From Candidatus Aceula meridiana (lineage in GTDB: Bacteria; Omnitrophota; Gorgyraeia; Zapsychrales; Aceulaceae): a DNA stretch of 64,000 bases. Positions 1 through 9,464 of the stretch are shown in pieces. Under the pieces are notes generated by a model that was not told the DNA's origin, did not search any database, and was given only the letters and a program-made list of their open reading frames with translations. Made by a program: the position numbers and the translations under genes. How positions within the stretch are numbered: position 1 is the stretch's first letter; every line of letters begins with the position of its first letter. The stretch covers positions 853 to 64,852 of the forward strand of contig JAVCDE010000002.1 in assembly GCA_030765185.1 (NCBI GenBank). Reading direction: 5' to 3'.

Positions 1-1
1 A

Positions 2-238
2 AGCCGCGGGAAGCCTCATCCTGAGCCTTATCAAAAGGCCTTGAAAGTGTTAAAATGTAAAAGATCTGACGCCATTGTTATTGAAAATGCACCTTTTGGG
101 ATACAGTCGGCGAAGGCGGCAGGCATATACTGTTTAGCAATTGAGACATCCTTACCGAAGAAATATTTAAAAAAAGCAGATCAAGTTTTTCACTCTTTTA
201 AACATTTAAAAAATAACGTTTGTCTTTCCAAAAGATGA
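2..238 (+). CDS. HAD-family phosphatase (beta-phosphoglucomutase-like), 3' part only
   Basis: Open frame from the window edge reads SRGKPHPEPY...VIENAPFGIQSAKAAG (HAD motifs III/IV). Its stop overlaps the next ATG (atga). Confidence 0.8.
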   Translation, partial: SRGKPHPEPYQKALKVLKCKRSDAIVIENAPFGIQSAKAAGIYCLAIETSLPKKYLKKADQVFHSFKHLKNNVCLSKR

Positions 239-1095
239 AAATGAAAAAAGTACTTATTGTCTATAAAAAATCTTTTTATGAGCAAAGTGTCTGCTTAAAT
301 CGCAGCAAGAAAGTTTTTTTAAAAAGCGAAATTGCGCGTTTTCTAGACATGCACAAGGAGCACGCCAAGACAATAGAGTTTGTTGAACGCACCCTTAAAA
401 GTCTAAAGATTCCTTATAAAAAATGTTTTCGTTGTCCTCAGATTAATTATACGCCGTATAGTCTTGTTGTAACTGTTGGTGGTGATGGAACGTTTCTTCA
501 TGCTGCACGTCATCTTAAGAGTCAGACTATCCTCGGCGTCAACTCTGATCCAGCACGCAGTGTTGGAAAATTTTGCGCTGCAACACGATTTAATTTTGAA
601 AAGATTTTAAAGCCGGTCCTTGCCGGAAAGGTGAAACCAACGCTTCTTCCTCGATTAACTGTCCGCACAAATACTAGCAAACAAATAACAGTTGTTAACG
701 ACATTCTAGTATGCGACGAGAACCCTGCTGCGATGAGCCGTTATGTTTTATCCATAAACGGAAAGATAGAGTATCAGCGAAGTTCCGGTGTTTGGATTTC
801 TACCGCTGCCGGGTCATCCGGCGCTATTAATTCAGCCGGAGGAAAAATATTGCCGATGAATAGTAATGCTGTGCAGTATCAGACGCGCGAACTTTATTAC
901 AGAAGAAAAGGGGAGTTTAAATTAATCGGCGGGACTATTCATCTGAAGGAGCCAATCAAAGTTCGTTCGCAAATGCGAACGGGAATGATTTTCTTAGACG
1001 GTGCTCATGTGAAGATTCCATTTGATTTTGGCAAAGAGCTAATCATTGGCCAATCGCCACATGCTTTAAACGCTATTTTGAAGAAGACAAAATGA
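235..1095 (+). CDS. nadK: NAD(+)/NADH kinase
   Basis: GGDGT motif, ND motif, STAAGSS (TPTGST-like) motif. ATG at 235 is coupled to the upstream stop. Confidence 0.85.
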   Translation: MKMKKVLIVYKKSFYEQSVCLNRSKKVFLKSEIARFLDMHKEHAKTIEFVERTLKSLKIPYKKCFRCPQINYTPYSLVVTVGGDGTFLHAARHLKSQTILGVNSDPARSVGKFCAATRFNFEKILKPVLAGKVKPTLLPRLTVRTNTSKQITVVNDILVCDENPAAMSRYVLSINGKIEYQRSSGVWISTAAGSSGAINSAGGKILPMNSNAVQYQTRELYYRRKGEFKLIGGTIHLKEPIKVRSQMRTGMIFLDGAHVKIPFDFGKELIIGQSPHALNAILKKTK

Positions 1096-2153
1096 GTTCA
1101 GAAAAGTTTTCAACCTGTCTAATTTGTTGGTATCGCAAAAATAAAAGAGACCTTCCTTGGCGAAAAACACGTGATCCCTATAAAATTTGGATTTCGGAAA
1201 TTATGCTTCAGCAGACAACAGTTTCTGCTGTTATTCCTTATTATGAACGGTGGATAAAAAAATTTCCGAGCATAAAAAGCGTATCTCGTGCGTCGTTACA
1301 GAAAGTTTTAAAAGTTTGGCAAGGTCTAGGCTACTACAGCCGCGCACGTAATATCCATAAATGTGCAAAAAATTTAATGCAGTTTCATGGAGGAAAGATT
1401 CCTCAGGGCTATGAACCCTTGCGTAAGTTACCAGGATTCGGTCCGTACACAACAGGCGCAGTTTTAAGTATTGCATTTGATAAAAGATTCTCAATTGTTG
1501 ATGCCAATGTCAGACGAGTCGTAATGCGCTTGTTGGCTCTTAAAGGCCAAGCTGACACTACAAAAGATAAAAAGGTTGAAGTGTTTCTTGAGGATGTGAT
1601 GCCTCAAAAGGCCATGAGTGATTTTAATCAGGGCCTGATGGAGCTTGGTGCATTAGTATGCAGAAGTAAGGAGCCAGCTTGCAACATGTGTCCTGTAAAA
1701 AACTTTTGTAAGGCGTACGCCCAAAACATTCAAGAAATTATTCCAACGCCAAAAAAGATTGAGATTAAAAATATCTCGGTTGCTGTTGCCATTATTGAAA
1801 AAAATAAAAAGTTTTTGATTCAAAGGCGTCCTTTAAAAGGGCTTTTGGCTGGCCTTTGGGAATTCCCCGGAGGAAAGTTAAAGAAAGCTGAGAGCTCAAA
1901 GAAGGCTCTTGTACGCGAGGTAAAAGAAGAGCTCGGAATGGATGCAATTGATTTGCGTCCGTTTATGAAGACAAAACATTTTTATACGCAATATCGTGTT
2001 TTACTAGATGTTTGGAAATGTGGCCTTAAAAAATATCCAAAGCAAAACGACGATAGGAAATGGGTAAGTTTAGCAAATTTAAAGAAATATCCGATGCCAT
2101 CAGGAGACGCAAAAATTTTAGAGAAACTTATAGAATTAAAGGGAATCAAATGA
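1092..2153 (+). CDS. mutY: A/G-specific adenine glycosylase MutY with C-terminal Nudix domain
   Basis: RDLPWR, SEIMLQQT, WQGLGYYSRARN, HhH LPGFGPYT and Fe-S motif CRSKEPACNMCPVKNFC. Confidence 0.95.
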   Translation: MSSEKFSTCLICWYRKNKRDLPWRKTRDPYKIWISEIMLQQTTVSAVIPYYERWIKKFPSIKSVSRASLQKVLKVWQGLGYYSRARNIHKCAKNLMQFHGGKIPQGYEPLRKLPGFGPYTTGAVLSIAFDKRFSIVDANVRRVVMRLLALKGQADTTKDKKVEVFLEDVMPQKAMSDFNQGLMELGALVCRSKEPACNMCPVKNFCKAYAQNIQEIIPTPKKIEIKNISVAVAIIEKNKKFLIQRRPLKGLLAGLWEFPGGKLKKAESSKKALVREVKEELGMDAIDLRPFMKTKHFYTQYRVLLDVWKCGLKKYPKQNDDRKWVSLANLKKYPMPSGDAKILEKLIELKGIK

Positions 2154-2908
2154 AAATTTTACTAACAAACGATGACGGTATTCAAGCCGACGGTATTTAT
2201 GCGCTTTATAAAGAGCTTAGAAAAATTGGTCAAGTTGTTGTGGTGGCGCCGGACACTCAAAAAAGCGCTGCAAGCCATTCCATTACTTTGTCTCGTCCAA
2301 TTTGGTATAAAAAAACAAAAGTCAAAAATCGCTTTATAGGTTATGGTGTTTCTGGAACCCCAGCCGACTGCGTCAAGTTTGCACTAAAAATTTTGCTTAA
2401 GAAAAAACCGGACCTAATTGTTTCAGGAATTAATTTAGGCCCTAATGATGCAACAAGTGTGTTTTATTCAGGAACAATTGCTGCCGCTCGTGAAGGAGCT
2501 CTTTGTGGTGTGCCATCGATTGCCGTATCACTAAATACCTTTACGAATCCAAACTATTTGGCTGCTGCAAAATTTAGCGCAAAACTTTCGAAAAAAGTAT
2601 TATCAGAAGGAATTCCTAAGGGAACATTCCTCAATGTTAATGTCCCGAGCCTTCCAAAATCAAAAATTAAAGGTGTTCATATTACGCATCAGGGGCTAAA
2701 GCCTTTTCGAACAATTTTCTCAAAAAAAAGAGATAAGGGTAAGCAAGATTTTTATTGGATGTCCTGTGAAACACCGCGGCTTAGCAAACGTACTGGCAGC
2801 GACACGCATGCCATAGCAGGGGACTTTATTTCTATTACACCTCTTCAGAATGATTTAACAAATTATGAATTTATGCAAGACCTTGAAAAATGGGGTTTTA
2901 ATGGATAA
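2150..2908 (+). CDS. surE: 5'/3'-nucleotidase SurE
   Basis: MKILLTNDDG, GTPADCV, SGINLGPN, YSGT. True start is probably the ATG at 2150, overlapping the mutY stop. Confidence 0.95.
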   Translation: MKILLTNDDGIQADGIYALYKELRKIGQVVVVAPDTQKSAASHSITLSRPIWYKKTKVKNRFIGYGVSGTPADCVKFALKILLKKKPDLIVSGINLGPNDATSVFYSGTIAAAREGALCGVPSIAVSLNTFTNPNYLAAAKFSAKLSKKVLSEGIPKGTFLNVNVPSLPKSKIKGVHITHQGLKPFRTIFSKKRDKGKQDFYWMSCETPRLSKRTGSDTHAIAGDFISITPLQNDLTNYEFMQDLEKWGFNG

Positions 2909-2972
2909 AATTTTGTATTTTTCTGTTTCCAGAAGGGTAAAATAGCATTACAATAATCACACGGAAAAAACT

Positions 2973-4034
2973 ATGCTTGAACAAGAAATTTTAAACGCCA
3001 AAATATTAATTATCGATGACCAAAAGCTTCATCTTGGATTGCTTAAGGATATTCTCAAAAAAGCAGGTTATGCTAATATCGAATCAACAACAGATCCTCA
3101 AGAGGGTATTGAGCTGTACCAAGATTTTAAGCCGGACATTCTCCTTTTAGATCTTATCATGCCTAAGATTGATGGTTTTTCTGTCATGGCTCAGCTTAAA
3201 GAGGTCGTGAAAAATGAGGCTATGCCTATTTTGGCTCTTTCTCCGGAAAAAGGGCAAGACATTCGATTAAAGGCTTTAGAAGCAGGAGCAACAGACTTTA
3301 TTAGCAAGCCTTATGAAGGACTTGAAGTTTTAGTACGCATCCGAAATATTATCGCTGGGCATCTTCTTCATAATCAGGTAAAGAATCAAAATAAAATTTT
3401 GGAAGAAAAAGTTCAGGAGCGCACTAAAGAACTTCGGACAACACGTTTAGATATTATTCGTCGCTTGGCAAGGGCTGCAGAATTTCGTGATGAGGATACC
3501 GGCATCCATATTGTCCGCATGAGTAAATTATGCACAAAAGTTGGCAAGGAGATAGGGATGGATGCGCAACAATGTGATTTGTTGCTTAATGCGTCGCCTT
3601 TACATGACATCGGAAAACTTGGCATTCCGGACAATGTTCTTTTAAAGCCGGGAAAATTGACACCTGAAGAATGGGAAATTATGAAAAAGCACGCCTCGAT
3701 TGGGGCTGAGCTTTTATCCGGAAGCAATTCTGATCTTATGGAAATGGCAGAGGTCATTGCCATGACTCATCATGAAAAATGGGATGGAACAGGCTATCCA
3801 CAAGGATTAAAAGGCGAGGCTATCCCTTTGGTTGGCCGCATTACAGCGATTTGCGATGTGTTTGATGCTTTGATGTCTAAGCGTCCTTATAAGAAGGCAT
3901 GGACTTTTAAAGAAGTTGTCGATGAAATAAAAGCAACCAGTGGCACACATTTTGACCCTAAAATTGTTGATGCATTTTTAAAAATTTTACCGGACAAAGA
4001 GGTCCTTAAAAAAGATTACGAATCTGAGCAATAA
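2973..4034 (+). CDS. Response regulator with HD-GYP cyclic-dinucleotide phosphodiesterase domain (RpfG-like)
   Basis: REC domain (IIDD, LDLIMP, KP) followed by HDIGK, HHEKWDGTGYP and DVFDALMSKRPYK. Confidence 0.92.
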   Translation: MLEQEILNAKILIIDDQKLHLGLLKDILKKAGYANIESTTDPQEGIELYQDFKPDILLLDLIMPKIDGFSVMAQLKEVVKNEAMPILALSPEKGQDIRLKALEAGATDFISKPYEGLEVLVRIRNIIAGHLLHNQVKNQNKILEEKVQERTKELRTTRLDIIRRLARAAEFRDEDTGIHIVRMSKLCTKVGKEIGMDAQQCDLLLNASPLHDIGKLGIPDNVLLKPGKLTPEEWEIMKKHASIGAELLSGSNSDLMEMAEVIAMTHHEKWDGTGYPQGLKGEAIPLVGRITAICDVFDALMSKRPYKKAWTFKEVVDEIKATSGTHFDPKIVDAFLKILPDKEVLKKDYESEQ

Positions 4035-4038
4035 TTAA

Positions 4039-6207
4039 ATGAATAATTCTGACACCCAGCGATTTATAGAATTTACACCAAAGGTTCCTGTTCTTGATCT
4101 TAAAGAGCAGGGGGCGATGCTTTCTGACTTCACAACGGAGTCGCTCGAACTTTTGATGGATGCAAAAAATGCTATTCTTACCCTCGAAACAGTTCCCAAT
4201 GACCTTCAGGCTTTAAATAATGCATTTAAGGTTTTTTATACGATTACCGGATTGGCGGAATTTCTAAATCTTCATGATATTCAGCGGTTAACAAAAGATG
4301 CCGAAGAACTTTTTGATCTGTGGCGTAAAGGGTTGCTGGTTTTTGATGCAAAACTTATCGAAGTTTCCCTGGAAGTCGTTGACACGACCCGAAAGCTTTT
4401 AGATGCGCTACATGAACAACTTTCTGAAAAAGGTGAGATAAAAGACTACGTTGATATCACGCCTGTGTTAAAAACAATTTACAATGTGAAAAGAAATATT
4501 CAGCTTGATGATGCGCAGGAAACTAAGAAGAAGAGTTCAAAAAAAGTCATGCCGATTAAAATGGATGATTCACGTGCAAACCTAATGAAGCGTCAGCAAG
4601 AGCTGGTACAAGAGCGTGAGCTTGCGATGCGCTTAAGTCAGCAAGCACAAAGGGAAGCTTCAGAAAAGGGTGAAATGCTTGCAAGCATGTCACATGAAAT
4701 GCGTACTCTGATTAATGCAATCTTAGGTTTTTCCGACTTACTGATTAAAAGTCCGCTTGAGGATAAGCAAAAGGAATTTTTATCGTCTATTCATTCAAGC
4801 GGGGAACTTCTTTTAGAAATTATTAATAATATTTTGGATTTGGCTAAGGTTGAACGAGGAAAAATAAAATTTGAAAAAGTAGGATTTCATTTTGAAGAAC
4901 TCATTGAGGATGTTTTTCGTATTATCCGAACACGTTTAGAAGGTAAGCCCATTGCGCTATTTTATGATATTGACCTTACTGTTCCTCTTGGGCTTAAGGG
5001 AGACCCAACGCGATTGCGTCAAATCCTTATCAATCTTTTAAACAATTCTGTAAAATTTACTAAAAAAGGAGAAATTGGTCTAAAAGTTAGCTTGGCAGAA
5101 AAATCTTTAAAGAATGAAACGACGCTATTGTTTAGAGTTTCTGATACCGGCATTGGCATTCCGAAAAGCCGTCAGAATTTTATTTTCGAGCCTTTTACGC
5201 AAGGAGATAATTCTGTTTCAAGAGAATACGGCGGCACAGGTTTAGGCTTAACAATTTCTCGAAGCTATGTCGAGGCAATGGGAGGAAAGCTTTGGGTTGA
5301 GTCTGAAGAAGGAAAAGGAAGTAATTTTATTTTTTCTATGTCTTTTCCACTGGACAAAGCATCAGGGCAGAGAAAAATATCCAAGCTTCCGGCAAAGGCT
5401 CTTTCGGAAAAGACGGCATTTATCGTTGATAAAGATACACGAGGCGCTCTTCAGGGATGTTGTGAACACTACAAAATAAAAACAACGCTCGCGGAAGGTG
5501 ACTCAAAGCAAATTTTTAATGACCTTCAAAAACAGGCCAACAGCAAACAGGGTGCCCCTGATATTATTTTTATTGATATTCTCACGGGCCGCGAAGATTC
5601 TTATCTTTTGGCGAGCAAGGTGCGCAACGATGAGCTTTTAAAAACAACAAAAATTATTGCGGTGGCCGCTGATATTCGGATGAGTGTTTCTAGTGAGGCG
5701 TATGAACAGTGTTTTGATGATTTTCTTTTAAGGCCTATTCTTCATGGAGAATTTTTAAGTGTTATTCAGAAATCTTTAGGAATTAAATTTACTGAAGAAA
5801 TAAAATCTTCCGACGGTGAAAAAGATGATGTATCTTGTGAAGGCATCAAGGTTCTTATCGTTGATGACAGTCCTACAAACATCGAACTCATTAAAGCATA
5901 TTTTGAATCAATTGGATGTAAAGGCTCTTATGCAGTTAATGGCCAGGAGGCTATTGAAAAAATTCGAGAAAACGAGTATGATATATGCTTCATGGATCTT
6001 CAGATGCCGGTATTAAATGGCTACGCCGCTGCTCAGATTATCCGTGATGAAATCAGTAAAGATCTTCCGATTGTGGCGCTTACAGCTGCTGACATTTCGG
6101 AAGACAGGGAAAGATGTATGCAAATTGGGTTTAATGATTTTCTCATGAAACCCTTTGATATGGACGAATTTCAAGGTAAAATTATTCAATATGGCAAACG
6201 AATTTAA
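4039..6207 (+). CDS. Cytoplasmic hybrid histidine kinase: degenerate Hpt - HisKA - HATPase - pseudo-REC - REC
   Basis: H-box SMSHEMRT, N-box NLLNNSVKFT, DTGIGI, GGTGLGL and C-terminal REC with MDLQMP. No transmembrane segment. Confidence 0.9.
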   Translation: MNNSDTQRFIEFTPKVPVLDLKEQGAMLSDFTTESLELLMDAKNAILTLETVPNDLQALNNAFKVFYTITGLAEFLNLHDIQRLTKDAEELFDLWRKGLLVFDAKLIEVSLEVVDTTRKLLDALHEQLSEKGEIKDYVDITPVLKTIYNVKRNIQLDDAQETKKKSSKKVMPIKMDDSRANLMKRQQELVQERELAMRLSQQAQREASEKGEMLASMSHEMRTLINAILGFSDLLIKSPLEDKQKEFLSSIHSSGELLLEIINNILDLAKVERGKIKFEKVGFHFEELIEDVFRIIRTRLEGKPIALFYDIDLTVPLGLKGDPTRLRQILINLLNNSVKFTKKGEIGLKVSLAEKSLKNETTLLFRVSDTGIGIPKSRQNFIFEPFTQGDNSVSREYGGTGLGLTISRSYVEAMGGKLWVESEEGKGSNFIFSMSFPLDKASGQRKISKLPAKALSEKTAFIVDKDTRGALQGCCEHYKIKTTLAEGDSKQIFNDLQKQANSKQGAPDIIFIDILTGREDSYLLASKVRNDELLKTTKIIAVAADIRMSVSSEAYEQCFDDFLLRPILHGEFLSVIQKSLGIKFTEEIKSSDGEKDDVSCEGIKVLIVDDSPTNIELIKAYFESIGCKGSYAVNGQEAIEKIRENEYDICFMDLQMPVLNGYAAAQIIRDEISKDLPIVALTAADISEDRERCMQIGFNDFLMKPFDMDEFQGKIIQYGKRI

Positions 6208-6583
6208 AAAAATACTTGTTGTTGATGACTCCACACTTGAGAGAGAACTTTTAATTGAAATTTTAAAAGGCTCCGGAATTACAAATGATTTTATGCAGGC
6301 AAAAAGTGGAGAGCACGCCATTGAGGTTCTCGGGCGACATTTTAAACAAATTTGTTTAATTTTGCTCGACTGGCAAATGCCGGAGATGTCGGGCTTAGAG
6401 TTTATGGAAGGTGTTGTTAAGGTGCCGACGGTTGCTGAAATTCCAATTGTTATGGTTACGGCCTCTGGTTCTGAAGAAAATAAAAAACAAGCACGTGGAG
6501 TAAATCCAAAACTCGCCGGATATGTTGTTAAACCCTACGAGCCGGAAGTTTTAGTAGAGACGATTCGGCCGTATACAAGATAA
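6191..6583 (+). CDS. Single-domain response regulator (CheY-like)
   Basis: VVDDS, LDWQMPEMSG, MVTA, VKPY. Confidence 0.9.
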   Translation: MANEFKKILVVDDSTLERELLIEILKGSGITNDFMQAKSGEHAIEVLGRHFKQICLILLDWQMPEMSGLEFMEGVVKVPTVAEIPIVMVTASGSEENKKQARGVNPKLAGYVVKPYEPEVLVETIRPYTR

Positions 6584-6598
6584 TTAAGGACAACAAAT

Positions 6599-7180
6599 AT
6601 GTTTTTTGGTGGAAAAGTTAATCCAGATCTAGAAGATTTCGGTAAAGCGCTTGCCAAAAGCGTTGAGCAACTTTTTTTAGAACGCAATAATATTAAATTT
6701 TCTCAAGAACCTAAGCTAGAGCGTAAAGGTATTATTGAATATAACGGAAAAATGCGCGCTGAGGGGATGGAGAAATTTAATGACCCAACATTCATCTCAG
6801 CAATCAATTATTATTTGAATACGGCAAACATGGAAAAAAACAAAGCCGTTGGAGCTGTGATAACTTACATCGAGCAAGGGTACGTCACAACACTGTTAAA
6901 GCTTTTAAAGTATCCTATGGCCGATGATGAAGATTTAGATGCTTTAGCCGATTGTTGCGGAACGCTTTGCAATATTCTTGCGGGGGCTTTTAAGACAGCG
7001 ATTTCAAAGATGGGATACCTTGAGCTTGAAATGTCTGCTTTTGCAAGTCATCGGAATAAAGCCATCAGTGGTGTTGATTTTTGTTATAATGAACGTGATA
7101 AATATGAAGTAAGTTTTTTTATAAAGGATCAGAAACGTCTTGTTGTAGAAATGACAATGGGAATTTTACCTAAGAGATAG
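6599..7180 (+). CDS. CheX/CheC-like protein (divergent)
   Basis: DALADCCGTLCNILAG resembles the CheX DAxGExxNxxxG helix. It lies among REC and Hpt genes and has a good RBS (aagga). Confidence 0.55.
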   Translation: MFFGGKVNPDLEDFGKALAKSVEQLFLERNNIKFSQEPKLERKGIIEYNGKMRAEGMEKFNDPTFISAINYYLNTANMEKNKAVGAVITYIEQGYVTTLLKLLKYPMADDEDLDALADCCGTLCNILAGAFKTAISKMGYLELEMSAFASHRNKAISGVDFCYNERDKYEVSFFIKDQKRLVVEMTMGILPKR

Positions 7181-7207
7181 AACAACAAAGATTATAAGGG
7201 GAAATAA

Positions 7208-7549
7208 ATGTCTGATGAATTTCAATATGATATAGCAGCCGTGGCGACTGAGCTACGCATTCGTCCTGAAATATTAAAAAAACTATTGGAAAGTTTTTCG
7301 AATACTCTTTCAGAAAAGATCATTCAGCTAGACATGCTTGTTCCGGTTAATGATACTGATAAGATTCGCGCGATTATGCATGAGGTTAAAGGGACAGGTG
7401 GAAATCTCCGACTGACAAAAGTTTATGAAACTGCGGATACAATGCATGTTGCGGTTAAGGCTGAAGAGCCTCAGAATAAGATTTTAAATCTTTTTGAAGA
7501 ATTTAAAGAAGCATCTAATTTATTCATTGAACATATAAAACATAGTTAG
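7208..7549 (+). CDS. Stand-alone Hpt (histidine phosphotransfer) protein
   Basis: MHEVKGTGGNL matches the HxxKG Hpt motif; helical, about 110 aa. Confidence 0.85.
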   Translation: MSDEFQYDIAAVATELRIRPEILKKLLESFSNTLSEKIIQLDMLVPVNDTDKIRAIMHEVKGTGGNLRLTKVYETADTMHVAVKAEEPQNKILNLFEEFKEASNLFIEHIKHS

Positions 7550-7566
7550 CTTAAAGGAGTTTTGTT

Positions 7567-7962
7567 ATGTGGAAAATACTTGTTGTTGAAGATAATATCG
7601 AAAATCAAATGCTTCTAGTTGAGATTTTGCGTGACCATGCAAATTGCGATACCGCCTCTAACGGAAAAGAGGCTATTGAAAGGTATAATGAATCACTAAA
7701 AGAAAAACCATACGACCTTATTCTTCTAGATGTTGAAATGCCGGAAATCGGTGGCCTCGAACTTTTAAGGAGAATTCGTCAGAGTGAAGAGGCAGCTGAC
7801 ATTCCTTTAGGCGAAGGCGTTTCGATTATCATGGTTACAGCGCATAAAAAGCCATTTTTAGACGCTTTTTATCAAGGATGCAATGATTACATCATTAAAC
7901 CAATCGATGCAGACAAGCTTATCCAAAAGATTGAGAAGAAGCTCGGGCCTGCAAACAATTAG
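7567..7962 (+). CDS. Single-domain response regulator
   Basis: VVEDN, LDVEMPEIGG, MVTA, IKPI. RBS aaggag. Confidence 0.9.
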   Translation: MWKILVVEDNIENQMLLVEILRDHANCDTASNGKEAIERYNESLKEKPYDLILLDVEMPEIGGLELLRRIRQSEEAADIPLGEGVSIIMVTAHKKPFLDAFYQGCNDYIIKPIDADKLIQKIEKKLGPANN

Positions 7963-7987
7963 AAATCTCCACTGACAAACTTGTCGC

Positions 7988-8016
7988 TTGCAATTTTAGA
8001 GAGTTACGTTTATAAT
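7988..8016 (+). promoter_or_regulatory. sigma70-type promoter for gltA-pepA
   Basis: TTGCAA-N17-TATAAT. Confidence 0.65.
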
Positions 8017-8159
8017 GTAATTCTCTTTTTATAAATATAAATATATAAGGGAAGATCTTGTTTCGGCTGCAAAATATTAGCTTCAATGGATCCACAAAGA
8101 TGTATCCTGATTTTTCGATTCACGAAAAACAGAATAAATTCAGCATTTAAGGAGTTTTA

Positions 8160-9452
8160 ATGAAAAACACTGCAAAATTGATTATCGGTGACAAAGAATA
8201 TAAGTTTCCTATTGTTGAGGGAACTGAACATGAAAAAGGGATTGATATCCGCAACTTAAGACTTCAGACTGGCCATACAACCTATGATCCAGGCCTTGCC
8301 AATACCGGTGCATGCGAAAGCTCAATCACGTTTATTGATGGGGAAAAGGGTATTTTGAGATATCGAGGCATCCCGATTGAACAGTTAGCCACACATTCAA
8401 CTTTCGTTGAAACAGCATATCTTTTGCTTTACGGCAATCTTCCTAAAAAGAATCAGCTTAAGGACTTTTCAAGTAAGTTTACGCTTCATGCGATGATCCA
8501 TGAAGACATGAAGAACTTTTTTGATGGATATCCTGCCTGGGGACATCCGATGGGAATTTTGTCTTCTATGGTTTGTTCGCTGTCAGCATATTATCCAGAA
8601 CTAGAGAAAATTGAAATACCAAAAAAAGATATCGGGACCATTGCCGTTGAACTTATCTCAAAGGTAAGGACCATTGCAGCTTTTTCTTATAAAAAGAAGA
8701 TGGGTGAGCCATTTGTTTATCCAAGGGCAGATTTGAAATTTATTCCAAATTTTTTGAATATGATGTTTTCATCGACAAATCGTGACTACAAGATTGAGCC
8801 AGAAGTCGTTCATGCCCTTCAGACGCTTTTTATTCTTCATGCAGACCATGAGCAAAATTGCGGAACATCTACTGTTCGTATTGTTGGAAGCTCTTGGGCG
8901 AATTTATTTGCTTCAATTTCTGCTGGTATTTGTGCGCTTTGGGGTCCTCTGCATGGGGGAGCAAATCAACGCGTAACAGAAATGCTTGAAAAAATTCAAC
9001 GTAACGGTGGAAATGTCGATAAATTTATTCAAAAGATTAAAAACCGTGACAGCAATACAAAGCTAATGGGTTTTGGTCACCGTGTCTATAAAAACCATGA
9101 TCCTCGCGCTAAGGTTATCAAAGCAAGAGCCACTGCACTCTTAGAAAAGCTAGGTGTGGATGATCCATTGCTTAAGATTGCTATTAAGCTTGAAGAAGCT
9201 GCCTTAAAGGAAGACTTTTTTATAGAACGCAAGCTTTATCCGAATGTCGACTTCTACAGCGGCATTATTTATCGCGCAATTGGCATTCCGACAGACATGG
9301 CACCTGTTATGTTTGCTATGGCCCGCATGGCCGGATGGGTTTCGCAATGGGTAGAAATGCGAGAAACCCCAGGCATGCGCATTAGTCGCCCACGGCAAAT
9401 TTATACCGGTGAAACCGAGAGAGACTACATTCCGGTTGAAAAACGTAAATAG
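8160..9452 (+). CDS. gltA: Citrate synthase
   Basis: DGEKGILRYRG, HADHEQN, GPLHGGAN, MGFGHRVYK, YPNVDFYSG. Confidence 0.97.
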   Translation: MKNTAKLIIGDKEYKFPIVEGTEHEKGIDIRNLRLQTGHTTYDPGLANTGACESSITFIDGEKGILRYRGIPIEQLATHSTFVETAYLLLYGNLPKKNQLKDFSSKFTLHAMIHEDMKNFFDGYPAWGHPMGILSSMVCSLSAYYPELEKIEIPKKDIGTIAVELISKVRTIAAFSYKKKMGEPFVYPRADLKFIPNFLNMMFSSTNRDYKIEPEVVHALQTLFILHADHEQNCGTSTVRIVGSSWANLFASISAGICALWGPLHGGANQRVTEMLEKIQRNGGNVDKFIQKIKNRDSNTKLMGFGHRVYKNHDPRAKVIKARATALLEKLGVDDPLLKIAIKLEEAALKEDFFIERKLYPNVDFYSGIIYRAIGIPTDMAPVMFAMARMAGWVSQWVEMRETPGMRISRPRQIYTGETERDYIPVEKRK

Positions 9453-9464
9453 AAAGAATTTTCT

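Noticed and set aside
8020-8159. Riboswitch in the roughly 140-nt gltA leader
   Set aside because: Only weak AT-rich hairpins (e.g. tttttcg-attca-cgaaaaa) are present, with no recognisable aptamer.
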